A stretch of 64,000 nt of DNA from a virus. Taxonomy: Duplodnaviria > Caudoviricetes. How positions within the stretch are numbered: the stretch's first letter is position 1; the number at the start of each line of letters is the position of its first letter. Location of the stretch: the IMG/VR virus record IMGVR_UViG_3300030104_006170, one strand, 5' to 3'. The notes under the pieces were generated by a model, which saw only the letters and a list, made by a program, of their open reading frames with translations, did no database searches and was not told where the DNA came from. Made by a program: the position numbers and the translations under genes. Below are positions 25,638-35,303 of the stretch, piece by piece.

Positions 25638-25826
25638 TTAGTAAGTTTTTTGGTATTTTTTAAATAGGTCCTCAATTACTTCAGTTGGTACACCTCCTTT
25701 ATCTAAAGGTGCGTCCAATAATACTTTTGATAGGGTTGTGAATATATCGAACCTATCCTCTTTTAATGCGTCTTCTAGCATTTTGATTTGCTTTTTTCTA
25801 TCTAAACTTAATAGAAAATTTTCCAT
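25638..25826 (-). CDS. Hypothetical protein
   Basis: ORF track. Confidence 0.55.
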   Translation of the reverse strand: MENFLLSLDRKKQIKMLEDALKEDRFDIFTTLSKVLLDAPLDKGGVPTEVIEDLFKKYQKTY

Positions 25827-25852
25827 AAATAATGTTTTTAAATTTAACGATT

Positions 25853-27271
25853 TTACTGTATCGAAGCTTCTGCTTCTTCAGCAGTCTTGTAATCACCTTG
25901 TTTATCAACGTAATTAACTACTACTTTTTGTCCATTTTGACATTCTCCAACTCCAAAGGACTGGTCGGGTTGAGTTTTAATTAATACTAATTCACCACAA
26001 GCTGCCTTTTCCATAATTTTGTGTGGTATAATCATTTTACTATTATTTTTAACATTTAGTACTTCTAGGTTTGGTAGGTTAACTATTGATTCTGGAATAT
26101 GTACTAAATTAGGATTGTTAGGGATAGATATAAATTGTAAGTTTTTTAACTCCCCTACCTCATCTGGTAACTCACTTAACATACCTTCGATGTGTAACAT
26201 TTCTAAATTTTTAAATCTTGTGATATCATCGGGTAATCTAAAAGCTGGTGTTTTTTGGTCTTTTTGACCGTATCCTCTACTATTTGATATCTCAATATCT
26301 AATCTTTCTAAAGTTTCTGGTAAAGCTTCAAAAAACTCATCGAACCCATAAATAGAAATATATTTAGATGCTGTATCATTAGGATATCTTAGTTGTACTT
26401 GTTTACCATAATCTTTACCCATAAACGTTGCAAACTTTTCTTTAAAGAATGGTTTAAGTTCTGGATATGTAGCAAAAAACGAACCTAAATCAATACTTCT
26501 ATCCTCTGCATTATAAAATGAATTACTTTCAAAGTGGAACTGATGACTTCTATTTTCAGCTGGGGCTTTACCAGCGTCTTCTTTATACATCATCATATAT
26601 AATGGACCTTGTTTGGAGTAGTGGTCATAGTAATTAGAAGTTTTTGATGCTGTACACCACCTAGTTTGTCCACCCCCGTAATGACAAGAAGCTTCTTTAG
26701 ATTTAGGTACTAAGATTAACCATTTATCATCTTCATAAACTTTATCAACATCATCTCTTAATCTTTCTGCTTTAGTCTTAGTTATCTCATCCTTACTGAC
26801 TTGGTAGTCTTTTACATTGTCATATAAGTCCTCTACGGATTTTATTTGTCCTATATCTTTTTGTCCTTTATATTTTTTTGTTTTCTTTAGGTAATGGAAT
26901 TTTTCTAAGTCCTCACTAACCTTATAAAGGTCTTCCATAAATAATTCTTGTAGTCTCTCCAACGTTTGGGTCCATTCTGGTGTCCCATAGTCATGTTCTG
27001 CGTCTGCCTTTTGTTGTAAACCTAACCATTGTTTAATTAACCAGTTAGTATAAGCTCCAACTTTTTCAACCTCTCTAGTATCTTCATCAGCTGTGTTTGT
27101 ACCTTCAATTTTAGATGTGGGGTCTGCCAACATTAAGGATTTTAGAAGCTCTTTTTCCATTTGAGCTTTCTTACCTTTCTTTTTTGGTTGGGTATACTTT
27201 TTCATAAGAACATCGTAACGACTGTCCTCAATAATTAAATTAGTTAAGATTTCCTTAAAGTTAAAGGCCAT
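25853..27271 (-). CDS. Protein with an ..IIED leader, a central SCHYG..RWCT domain and C-terminal leucine-rich repeats
   Basis: LPDDITRFKNLEMLHI, LPDEVGELKNLQFISI, IPESIVNLPNLEVLNVKNN. Confidence 0.75.
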   Translation of the reverse strand: MAFNFKEILTNLIIEDSRYDVLMKKYTQPKKKGKKAQMEKELLKSLMLADPTSKIEGTNTADEDTREVEKVGAYTNWLIKQWLGLQQKADAEHDYGTPEWTQTLERLQELFMEDLYKVSEDLEKFHYLKKTKKYKGQKDIGQIKSVEDLYDNVKDYQVSKDEITKTKAERLRDDVDKVYEDDKWLILVPKSKEASCHYGGGQTRWCTASKTSNYYDHYSKQGPLYMMMYKEDAGKAPAENRSHQFHFESNSFYNAEDRSIDLGSFFATYPELKPFFKEKFATFMGKDYGKQVQLRYPNDTASKYISIYGFDEFFEALPETLERLDIEISNSRGYGQKDQKTPAFRLPDDITRFKNLEMLHIEGMLSELPDEVGELKNLQFISIPNNPNLVHIPESIVNLPNLEVLNVKNNSKMIIPHKIMEKAACGELVLIKTQPDQSFGVGECQNGQKVVVNYVDKQGDYKTAEEAEASIQ

Positions 27272-27315
27272 GTTTAAATCTGTTTTTATATAAATATATG
27301 TTAATTAGAAAGAAT

Positions 27316-28017
27316 TTACAGGGATTTTACGTGAGAAACTATATCCATCAATGCGTTTACATCTTTTTCACAATATTCTTTTATCTCTGAAATGTTATTA
27401 TCTACGTAATAACTTTTATGAATGTTAGAACCATCTACTTTTCCATCTTTAGGGGTTTCAAAACCTAACACACTACATATTAAATGTAAGGCTGACAAAC
27501 CTTTGTATGAACCAAAGTTCCAGAGTTCTTTGGTGTCCAATGCTTTTATTTCCCAGGGTTTGGTGTCATGAGAAGGCATTATAGGTGATGGTTTAATCTT
27601 GTTTATTAACATTCTTTTACCTAAATAAGGTAAATCAAAAGTTTTAATATTATGACCACAAAGAGAAAAACCTAATTTATTTACCCTGTTAAGTAGTTCT
27701 ACTGTTTCTTTTAAAATGTCGTCTTCCCCCCCTTTTGTGAATGATTGTATTTTTCTATCTTCTCCTGTTATAAAACCAGCACTTACACAAACTACCCTCC
27801 CAAATTCTGGTAACAAACCAGAGTATTTTTTAAATAATTCACCTTCAGACATTCTTAAATCCTCAGGATAGTGTCTTCTAAAATAAGAATCACCCATTTT
27901 ATTCCACAAATTAAATAAAGTAGTATTTTTTTCTTTTACCTCATCTAAAGTTGCGTAACAACCACACGTCTCAATATCTATAAATAATAATTTATTAGTC
28001 TGTATTTGGTCTATCAT
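27316..28017 (-). CDS. PolB-like (DEDD) 3'-5' exonuclease
   Basis: FIDIET, GHNIKTFDLPY, LDTKELW, YCEKDV. Confidence 0.85.
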   Translation of the reverse strand: MIDQIQTNKLLFIDIETCGCYATLDEVKEKNTTLFNLWNKMGDSYFRRHYPEDLRMSEGELFKKYSGLLPEFGRVVCVSAGFITGEDRKIQSFTKGGEDDILKETVELLNRVNKLGFSLCGHNIKTFDLPYLGKRMLINKIKPSPIMPSHDTKPWEIKALDTKELWNFGSYKGLSALHLICSVLGFETPKDGKVDGSNIHKSYYVDNNISEIKEYCEKDVNALMDIVSHVKSL

Positions 28018-28326
28018 TTGTTCTATTATCTTTTAATTTTTGGTAAATGTCAGTATCTACTGTAATTTGGATTACTTTTTCAAACATACCTGGTTCTCTT
28101 TCCCAGTAGTCTATTGTGTTACCTTTAATTAACTCGTCTAGTTGGTCTTCTTCTATCCAGATTATTACTTTCATATTTTTGGGTCTTTAAATTTAAGAAA
28201 TAGATATTCTAAAAAGGTCCATGTTATTAACCCTACACACATTATCACCCAAGCTATACCTATTATTTGTACTAATTTTTCCATAAGACAAATATAAATA
28301 AAATTTTTAGAATAACAAAATCTAGA

Positions 28327-28542
28327 CTAAGATTTTTTATTTTTAGTTCCCCACTTAGAATTTACCCAGATTCTTTCATGGATATAATATAGTACGAACT
28401 TGGTGCATAGTTCTAACGCACCAATTTTTAACCCCATTACTGGGTTGCCAGTTATTATCCACCCTAGAGCCATTGTATCCAATGTTCCTACGATTCTCCA
28501 ACTGATAGCTTTGAGAATACTTCTTGTTTTACTTACGTACAT
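28327..28542 (-). CDS. DUF2061 family small membrane protein
   Basis: RSILKAISWRIVGTLDT..KFVLYYIHERIW. Confidence 0.85.
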   Translation of the reverse strand: MYVSKTRSILKAISWRIVGTLDTMALGWIITGNPVMGLKIGALELCTKFVLYYIHERIWVNSKWGTKNKKS

Positions 28543-30154
28543 TTTCTGTGATTATATTATTAATAATATTATTAATAATTCTATTTGTATAGTTTTCGTT
28601 AACTTCTTTTTCTTCTTGATTAAATGGTAGTCTTGGGTTGGTTACGTACTCTAGGAAATCTTCTAATTTAACATTGTCCATTCTATCCGTATTGGTTGAG
28701 TTGTGACTATCATCCTTAAATGATACTGTTTCGTCTTTGGAGTTATAATTTCCGACTGTTATATTGGTCAATACGGTAGACTTACCATCACTAGTTTTCC
28801 AATTATGTACATCTGTTCTGTTTGAGAATCCAGGATTCCATCCTGTTGCTTTTTTAAATCCTAATTCACCAAGTGTTTTAAGAAAACTTTCTCTTCTTTT
28901 AACTCTATCCATAATCGTGTCTACCCCATCTTCTTCTATATTATCCAACATGTTTTTAAAAGCTGCATTCATATCATTACTTCCTTCATCATCTACATCC
29001 CACGCATCATACCAACCATCATATAAATTAGGTAACCCATTTAACTCTATTTCACCCAAATCAGCAAAATTTTCAACACTCTTTGTACCAATAACTTGTA
29101 ATAATTGTTTCCATGTTATATACATTTCGGTGTTTCTCCCTCTTTCATCCCAGTCAAATACTTTTGCTTCATCTATCTCGTCTTTAGTAGCTTGTGCTCT
29201 ACTTCTCCAAACTGCACAACCTAAACTACTTAACCACTCATCAGCCATATCATCTGCTTCTATTGGAAAGTACTTCTCAAGGAAATCATATACGGTTCCT
29301 TCATCATGTTGCAATTCCTGTTCTGTAAATTTTGGTTCTCCCACTAACTCTCTAAGATTTTGTAATCGTCCACGGTTTTCTGGGGTTAAATAACCGTTCA
29401 TATAGTTTAATTCCTCTGTATCCATTTCCTCACAATCATCATAATAACCACGGTAACCCATAGCTGCGTTATATGCCCAGTCATCATCCTGACTTAAATC
29501 TAAAAACTTATCTTTAAAAGTTTCGTCGTTGGCGATTATTAAGATTCCTTCTCCATCAGGCATGATTCCTATTTCATCGTCATTCATATTATCAAAAAAC
29601 CAACTATCTGTAGATACTGTAGTGTTGTCGTTACCTTCAAACTTTTCCCAGTCCAGATTTTGTCCTTTCTCACCTCTTATCTCATCATAAACTGCTTTTG
29701 CAAAATCATTCTTTTCGGAAAATTGTTTCATTTCCTTTTCAGTAAAAGGCATTTCAAATTTTAATCTTTCTTTGAGGGAGTATGGGATGTTTAGTTTTTC
29801 TATTAGTGTGGGTTTGTCACTAAAGAATTCTTTTGCTTCTTTTTTCTGGTACCAATTTATATTTAACGCTGCGTCTCTAAGTGGGTCAAAAAGAGCATAT
29901 TCCCCACCAAATCTTAAAGGTATTTTACTTTTGGTGTCGTGGACTATCCCTGCTTTGTTTTTATCCTTTTCTATGATTATATAGGTCACCCCACCACTTT
30001 TAAACGCGTTTACGGTAGCTTCTTTAATTTTTTCATCCTTACACCATTGGGGTGCTATAGAACAAATAGATGCAATATTATAAGGTAATACGAGTTCATA
30101 TTTATCATCCTCGTATACAACTCTTTTATTTACCTGTTCGTTTAACATATTCAT
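28529..30154 (-). CDS. Acidic protein (MNMLNEQ leader; N-terminal domain related to 25853-27271); candidate internal head protein
   Basis: YEDDKYELVLP..SICSIAPQWC resembles YEDDKWLILVP..ASCHYG..RWC. Confidence 0.65.
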   Translation of the reverse strand: MNMLNEQVNKRVVYEDDKYELVLPYNIASICSIAPQWCKDEKIKEATVNAFKSGGVTYIIIEKDKNKAGIVHDTKSKIPLRFGGEYALFDPLRDAALNINWYQKKEAKEFFSDKPTLIEKLNIPYSLKERLKFEMPFTEKEMKQFSEKNDFAKAVYDEIRGEKGQNLDWEKFEGNDNTTVSTDSWFFDNMNDDEIGIMPDGEGILIIANDETFKDKFLDLSQDDDWAYNAAMGYRGYYDDCEEMDTEELNYMNGYLTPENRGRLQNLRELVGEPKFTEQELQHDEGTVYDFLEKYFPIEADDMADEWLSSLGCAVWRSRAQATKDEIDEAKVFDWDERGRNTEMYITWKQLLQVIGTKSVENFADLGEIELNGLPNLYDGWYDAWDVDDEGSNDMNAAFKNMLDNIEEDGVDTIMDRVKRRESFLKTLGELGFKKATGWNPGFSNRTDVHNWKTSDGKSTVLTNITVGNYNSKDETVSFKDDSHNSTNTDRMDNVKLEDFLEYVTNPRLPFNQEEKEVNENYTNRIINNIINNIITENVRK

Positions 30155-30180
30155 AGTTATCTACTATAAATATAAAGTAA

Positions 30181-30420
30181 TTACAAGTTATATTTGGAAT
30201 AGTTGGAAAGTCGGGTATGTTTTATTTTTTGAAGTTTGGAACATTTTTCGTACTCTTCTGTTTTTTCAAAGAAGTTAATAAGTTTGTCTATGGTTTTGTG
30301 TGGTAGGTCTTTATTAACAAATTCTAAGTTTTCGTATACTTCATCTTCTTCCATAGAACTTATAATAAATTCGTAAGCTAATCTAAAAGCTGCATTTTTT
30401 TCTAAGGGGTCTAACATCAT
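30181..30420 (-). CDS. Small protein with a UVR-like EEYEKC motif
   Basis: FFEKTEEYEKCSKL; paralog of 19085-19303. Confidence 0.6.
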   Translation of the reverse strand: MMLDPLEKNAAFRLAYEFIISSMEEDEVYENLEFVNKDLPHKTIDKLINFFEKTEEYEKCSKLQKIKHTRLSNYSKYNL

Positions 30421-30641
30421 TAAACTGTGGTTTTTTTAAGAATTTTACCATCCCATGCAATTATCTGGTCCATTTTATATTTAGCACCACTTAATGTAGG
30501 GGCTCCTACAGGTCCTATCTGTTGTACGTCTAAATCTAAATCCCTTGTCCAAGATACCATCCATAAAAACTTTTTACGTTTTTCTATAATATATTGTATT
30601 TTACCACTTAATCTATTTTCTTCTTTTACTATTCTATACAT
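30420..30641 (-). CDS. Hypothetical protein
   Basis: ORF track; tight spacing. Confidence 0.55.
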   Translation of the reverse strand: MYRIVKEENRLSGKIQYIIEKRKKFLWMVSWTRDLDLDVQQIGPVGAPTLSGAKYKMDQIIAWDGKILKKTTV

Positions 30642-30642
30642 A

Positions 30643-31035
30643 TTATTCTCCTTTTCTAATATAATTATACCACCAAGTTGCGGCTAATATTAATACTAAC
30701 AGTGTTCCCATCGTGTATACTAGAAACCATGGTGTGTGGTGTTCAACAAAAAATGCTGGTACACCCATTAATACCAACCATATTAGAAATATAAATCCTG
30801 TATTATTTTCTAATTTCTTTTCAACCTTAACAGTTCTCTCTTGATTAATTAGTCTACTTAGTGCATCTTGCATATCTTTACCGTATACTGGTTGGGTGTG
30901 TTTTGTACCGTCTTTTTCACCTATTGTAACCAAGTACTTCAGGTATCCGGGATTATTTTTACTTTTTTCTACAAATTTACATTCTAGAGCTCTTCTCCTA
31001 TTAAATTTATATTTATGTGTATTTTTTTTTAACAT
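30643..31035 (-). CDS. Hypothetical protein with two C-terminal TM helices (probable start MLKKN)
   Basis: ORF track; hydrophobic C-terminus. Confidence 0.6.
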   Translation of the reverse strand: MLKKNTHKYKFNRRRALECKFVEKSKNNPGYLKYLVTIGEKDGTKHTQPVYGKDMQDALSRLINQERTVKVEKKLENNTGFIFLIWLVLMGVPAFFVEHHTPWFLVYTMGTLLVLILAATWWYNYIRKGE

Positions 31036-31036
31036 T

Positions 31037-31231
31037 TTATTTACTATTACAAGTTTTTCTAACTTTATAAACCCAACCACTATCTGAATTTTCTGTCATC
31101 ATAGTAGCTATTCTTTGAGCTTCTTTTTCATTTTTTACGTCCCATATTTGGGATAGTCCGTCTGTTAGTAGGACAAAAGATTTATTACCTGTTTTAGGGT
31201 CTATCATTTCTTTTATTATATTATATGGCAT
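31037..31231 (-). CDS. Hypothetical protein
   Basis: ORF track. Confidence 0.6.
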   Translation of the reverse strand: MPYNIIKEMIDPKTGNKSFVLLTDGLSQIWDVKNEKEAQRIATMMTENSDSGWVYKVRKTCNSK

Positions 31232-31418
31232 TTTTGTATTTTTTATTTAAAAGGTTAACATAAAAATCTGCTACTCCTGGTCCTAATAAGTCATTCCACT
31301 TATTTTCAAAGTTACCAATCAACTTTTTTAAAGCTGGTCTATGAACTTCTTTATTAAGGGGATTGTTTAGTACTTTTAGTACAAAATCAGCATCTTTTTT
31401 AATATTAGGACTTTTCAT
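31221..31418 (-). CDS. Hypothetical protein after a TATATTTG promoter
   Basis: ORF track; -7 box at 31423-31430. Confidence 0.6.
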   Translation of the reverse strand: MKSPNIKKDADFVLKVLNNPLNKEVHRPALKKLIGNFENKWNDLLGPGVADFYVNLLNKKYKNAI

Positions 31419-31445
31419 GACACAAATATAATAATTATTTTTTAA

Positions 31446-32492
31446 CTATTCCACTAGTTCTAGTTGGGGTTTTAAAGTTTCTAATAATCTTTTGGTTATT
31501 TTATATGGGTCACCGTTACTTCCCGGTCTTCTATCTTCAACATAACCTTTCCAATTATTTTTTACTGTAGACACTGGAATTCTAATACTAGCTCCTCTGT
31601 CAGACACACCATAACTAAATTTGTCTATAGCTTGTGTTTCATGTAATCCCGTTAACCTTTTTTCATTATCACTACCGTAATTATTGATGTGTTCTTCATG
31701 GTAGAATGATAATGTATCACAAATACCTTCTATCAAATCTTTACCACCCTCTTCTCTCATTTCTTTAGTAGAAAAGTTTACGTGCATTCCTGAACCGTTC
31801 CAATCACCTTCCACTGGTTTTGGTCGTAGGTCTACTGTTACTCCATGGTTTTCTGTTATTCTATATAAAAGATATCTACTAATCCATAAATCATCCGCAA
31901 CTTTTAAAGCTCCTTTACCAAATAGTTGGTATTCCCATTGGCCTAACATCACCTCAGCATTAACACCTGTAATATCTAACCCAATATTCATACAAGCGTC
32001 TAAATGTTGTTCTACAATTTCTCGACCAATAACTCTATCTGTACCAACCCCACAATAATATTTTCCTTGTGGTTCTGGATATCCTTCTTTAGGAAATCCC
32101 AATGGTTTACCATCTTTCATTAATACATACTCTTGTTCGAACCCAAACCACCAACCTTCATGATGTCTATGAAAATCCACATCTTCTAATTCTGCTCTTT
32201 CGTTAGTCTTGTGAGACATTCCTTTTTCATTTAATACTTCACATAATGCAAGATAGGAACCTACTCTCTGTGGGTCTGGATAAACCCTTACTGGTCTTAG
32301 GATACAATCGGAATTATTGCCAACGGCTTGTTTTGTTGAACTACCGTCAAATGACCATTCTGGTAAATCTTCTGGTTTAGGTGTTGTGATTGTACTATCT
32401 AAATCTACAATCTTAGTTTTACTTCTTAGTGTTTGTTCTGGTTGAGTCCCATCTAACCAGATGTATTCAATTTTTGTCTTAATTTTTGTCAT
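31446..32492 (-). CDS. glnII: Glutamine synthetase type II
   Basis: EYIWLDG, WSFDGSST, FGFEQEY, YYCGVG, NAEVMLGQWEYQ, DWNGSGMHVNFST, RLTGLHET, DRGASIRIP, EDRRP. Confidence 0.95.
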   Translation of the reverse strand: MTKIKTKIEYIWLDGTQPEQTLRSKTKIVDLDSTITTPKPEDLPEWSFDGSSTKQAVGNNSDCILRPVRVYPDPQRVGSYLALCEVLNEKGMSHKTNERAELEDVDFHRHHEGWWFGFEQEYVLMKDGKPLGFPKEGYPEPQGKYYCGVGTDRVIGREIVEQHLDACMNIGLDITGVNAEVMLGQWEYQLFGKGALKVADDLWISRYLLYRITENHGVTVDLRPKPVEGDWNGSGMHVNFSTKEMREEGGKDLIEGICDTLSFYHEEHINNYGSDNEKRLTGLHETQAIDKFSYGVSDRGASIRIPVSTVKNNWKGYVEDRRPGSNGDPYKITKRLLETLKPQLELVE

Positions 32493-32658
32493 TTTTCAAT
32501 TTGATTAAATAATTTATCTAGTCTTTGTTGTAATTTTTGCACTTCTTCTTTACTCTTATAGTCGTGCAACTTTAGACTTGTGAGAATTTTTTGTATTTCT
32601 CTTATTTCTTTTTGTATATCTTCTTTTGTTTGCTTAGTCATTTTATATTTATAATAAT

Positions 32659-32994
32659 ATGAATGTTATTTTAGATAATAAAGTCCTTCCACTAGAGATT
32701 ATGTCTACTCCTAATGCTATTAGTACTGGTATGATGGGTAGGGAATTTCTTAATGGTGGAATGCTTTTTATTTTTCCGGAAGTTTCAGAACGTTCTTTCT
32801 GGATGAAAGATTGTTTAATGTCTTTAGATATAATCTTTATCATTAATAATAAAGTTACTAAAGTACATAATAATTGTCCACCCTGTTATGAAAATAATTG
32901 TGAATCCTATCAAGGCATTGCTGATAAGGTTTTGGAGATACCTTCTGGACAATTTAATGTAAGTGAGGGTGATTTATTAGAATTTACTGATTAG
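32659..32994 (+). CDS. DUF192 family protein
   Basis: GMMGR..GMLFIF..FWMKDCLMSLDIIFI..VLEIPSG. Confidence 0.85.
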   Translation: MNVILDNKVLPLEIMSTPNAISTGMMGREFLNGGMLFIFPEVSERSFWMKDCLMSLDIIFIINNKVTKVHNNCPPCYENNCESYQGIADKVLEIPSGQFNVSEGDLLEFTD

Positions 32995-34429
32995 CGTCTA
33001 TATTTTCTTTAATTTTCTTAACCATTTCTTTCTGTACCCATTTTACAAATTCTACATATCTTGTTGGTTTGGCGTCTGCTTTTTTATTGTAAGGTCCTTC
33101 TGGTTGTCTAGTTGCTCTACTAAAGAAATTTAACCCACTAATATTAGTTATACATTTGTGACCGCCACTATTAGCTTGTATAACATCCCAAGCTGGTACA
33201 GTTATCTTATCTAAAACTGCTTTTTGTTTTTCACTCAACTTGTCCCATGGTGTGTCAATTATACTAACCGCCATATCATAGTATTTAGAATCTGTTGATG
33301 GCATATTTTGTAGGTGGTCTTTATAGAGAGCGAATAAGTCTGAAGTTTTAAACCCAATACTTTCTCCTTCTGCTTTTGTCTCCCCTATTCTTTTAATCAC
33401 AGAGACTGGTACTTGGTGTTTTTTAAGTTGTGGTTCCACTTCTTTAAGTACTTCTTGTGCTATATCACCTAAGTTAACACCTTTAAGAGCTCTATCTTTT
33501 TTGAATGGATTACACGAAGCTTGTACAAGTCCCATTGGCCACGCCACCACAAAAAAGTCAGCGTCAGGATAAATTTTGAATGGTGTGTATCTATCATAGG
33601 AACCTGGTTTAAATAATCTACCACCTCCATATTGTACTATTATATTACCATCTAAATTTAGATTATCACTTTCTTGTTGGGATTTTATATATTCTGCTTG
33701 ATTTTGTGCCATTTCTTCTGGTGAAGCAAAACCTTTTTCTTTTGCGTATGAGGTTATGTTTTGGTAGATATTCATCAAGGATGGTGAAGAATTCATAACT
33801 AGATGTTCTAGGAATCCTGGTTTATTTTTATAAGCTAATAATAATTTATTAGTTAAAAGACCTAACATCCATCTTTTTTCGTAAGTCTGGTCACCAGATT
33901 CAAAATCTCTAATTAGATTCATTACTTGTTCTGGTTCAATATCGTGTTTTGCATAATCCGCAGAATCTACAGTATTAATCATCATTATATCTTCATCCGT
34001 AAAAATATCACTAGGACTTATAGTTTGTGAAATAGTTTCTACGTTTGACCTTGCTCCTCTAAATTGTGTTGCGGTATCATCTTCTACCCCTGCTTGTGAA
34101 TCGTGGTGGTCTGTATGGATTTTAAATATTGGTTTCCCGTGTGCAAAATCTACTAATACTGGCATTACATCTTCACTAGCTTGTGGTTTTTTTACTGAAA
34201 ATTCTTTGTCACCATATTGTATTACATGGGTGTCGATAACTTCTATACCATATTTTTCTAAGTAGTTCTTCATCCCTAAAGCGGATACCACCCCATCTAA
34301 ATCCTGGTGAAAATATATTTCTGCCTTTGGGTATCTTTGAGCTAACTTATTAATGTCTCTAATCCCACCTTCATTTATAAGTGACTCATTAATAAGTTCT
34401 AATTGTTTTGCTGTTATCTCGATTTTCAT
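32984..34429 (-). CDS. DHH-family phosphoesterase with an ..LINE leader (probable start MKIEIT at 34429)
   Basis: HQDLDG, VDF and DHH motifs; TATTTAT directly before ATG 34429. Confidence 0.8.
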   Translation of the reverse strand: MKIEITAKQLELINESLINEGGIRDINKLAQRYPKAEIYFHQDLDGVVSALGMKNYLEKYGIEVIDTHVIQYGDKEFSVKKPQASEDVMPVLVDFAHGKPIFKIHTDHHDSQAGVEDDTATQFRGARSNVETISQTISPSDIFTDEDIMMINTVDSADYAKHDIEPEQVMNLIRDFESGDQTYEKRWMLGLLTNKLLLAYKNKPGFLEHLVMNSSPSLMNIYQNITSYAKEKGFASPEEMAQNQAEYIKSQQESDNLNLDGNIIVQYGGGRLFKPGSYDRYTPFKIYPDADFFVVAWPMGLVQASCNPFKKDRALKGVNLGDIAQEVLKEVEPQLKKHQVPVSVIKRIGETKAEGESIGFKTSDLFALYKDHLQNMPSTDSKYYDMAVSIIDTPWDKLSEKQKAVLDKITVPAWDVIQANSGGHKCITNISGLNFFSRATRQPEGPYNKKADAKPTRYVEFVKWVQKEMVKKIKENIDANQ

Positions 34430-34454
34430 ATTATATAAATATCTACTTATTTGA

Positions 34455-35240
34455 TTAACACGGATGTCTTTTATCCCACCAAAATATATGGTCACCTATT
34501 TTCTTAGCTGACTTTTTATTGTTATTGTAAGATTTAGCGATAGTTCTAGTACTACCTGTACTTAAATCTACTATACTAGGGTTAACGTAGTGATTAACTT
34601 TAATAACATCCCCATCACCAAAGCCTTCAACTATTTTTAACATTTTATCAAAACCTTTTACTTTTTGGTTAGTTATCCTATTGTGTAACTCCTCAAACTT
34701 ACCTTCATTATCTAATCTATTAAAGTAGTTCCAAGTAGAGTATTGTTTTCCTTTTAATACAGAGTCTTTCATACTATATCCGCATTTATCTGCTCGGTTT
34801 TTTATTGTGGATAGTATCGCATTTAGTTCTTTTGTTCCAGCTCTCTGATTTTCACCAACTAAAGTAGAAGCTAAAATATAATCTTCATCATCTTTAGGAA
34901 TGTTTACATAAAGTCCTAATTTTTTTAAACCGTTAGGTCCTAATGGAATATTGTTATTTATTTGTTTACATAAATCTATGTTTAATTTAGTAGATAATGC
35001 TTTCAACATGTCTTTACCATAATAACCATCTCTACTTATACCTAATTTTTTTTGAATAACGTATATTGGGTGTGTTTTATCTAAATCATAATCACCATAA
35101 TTTAATATACTACCATTTCTTACCATGTCATAAAAAGAGACATCTACCTCGTTAAATTCTGTTTCTCCAGTAGGTACACAACTAACACCAACTTGTTCTA
35201 CAAGTTTAGTATATTGGTTTTCTGTGATTATTATACGCAT
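34455..35240 (-). CDS. SleB/CwlJ-type cell wall hydrolase with a PG-binding motif (probable start MRIIITE at 35240)
   Basis: IQKKLGISRDGYYG; ILASTLVGE..IKNR..KQYSTWN..HY..IGDHIFW. Confidence 0.8.
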   Translation of the reverse strand: MRIIITENQYTKLVEQVGVSCVPTGETEFNEVDVSFYDMVRNGSILNYGDYDLDKTHPIYVIQKKLGISRDGYYGKDMLKALSTKLNIDLCKQINNNIPLGPNGLKKLGLYVNIPKDDEDYILASTLVGENQRAGTKELNAILSTIKNRADKCGYSMKDSVLKGKQYSTWNYFNRLDNEGKFEELHNRITNQKVKGFDKMLKIVEGFGDGDVIKVNHYVNPSIVDLSTGSTRTIAKSYNNNKKSAKKIGDHIFWWDKRHPC

Positions 35241-35303
35241 AAAAAAGTCGTTTACAATAAATATAATCATAAACGACTTACTCTATAAATAAACTCTAGT
35301 TAT

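Noticed and set aside
34430-35270. Tracked starts at 34495 and 35270
   Set aside because: Downstream ATGs (34429, 35240) remove overlap or extra sequence and expose the shared leader; 34429 directly follows a TATTTAT motif.
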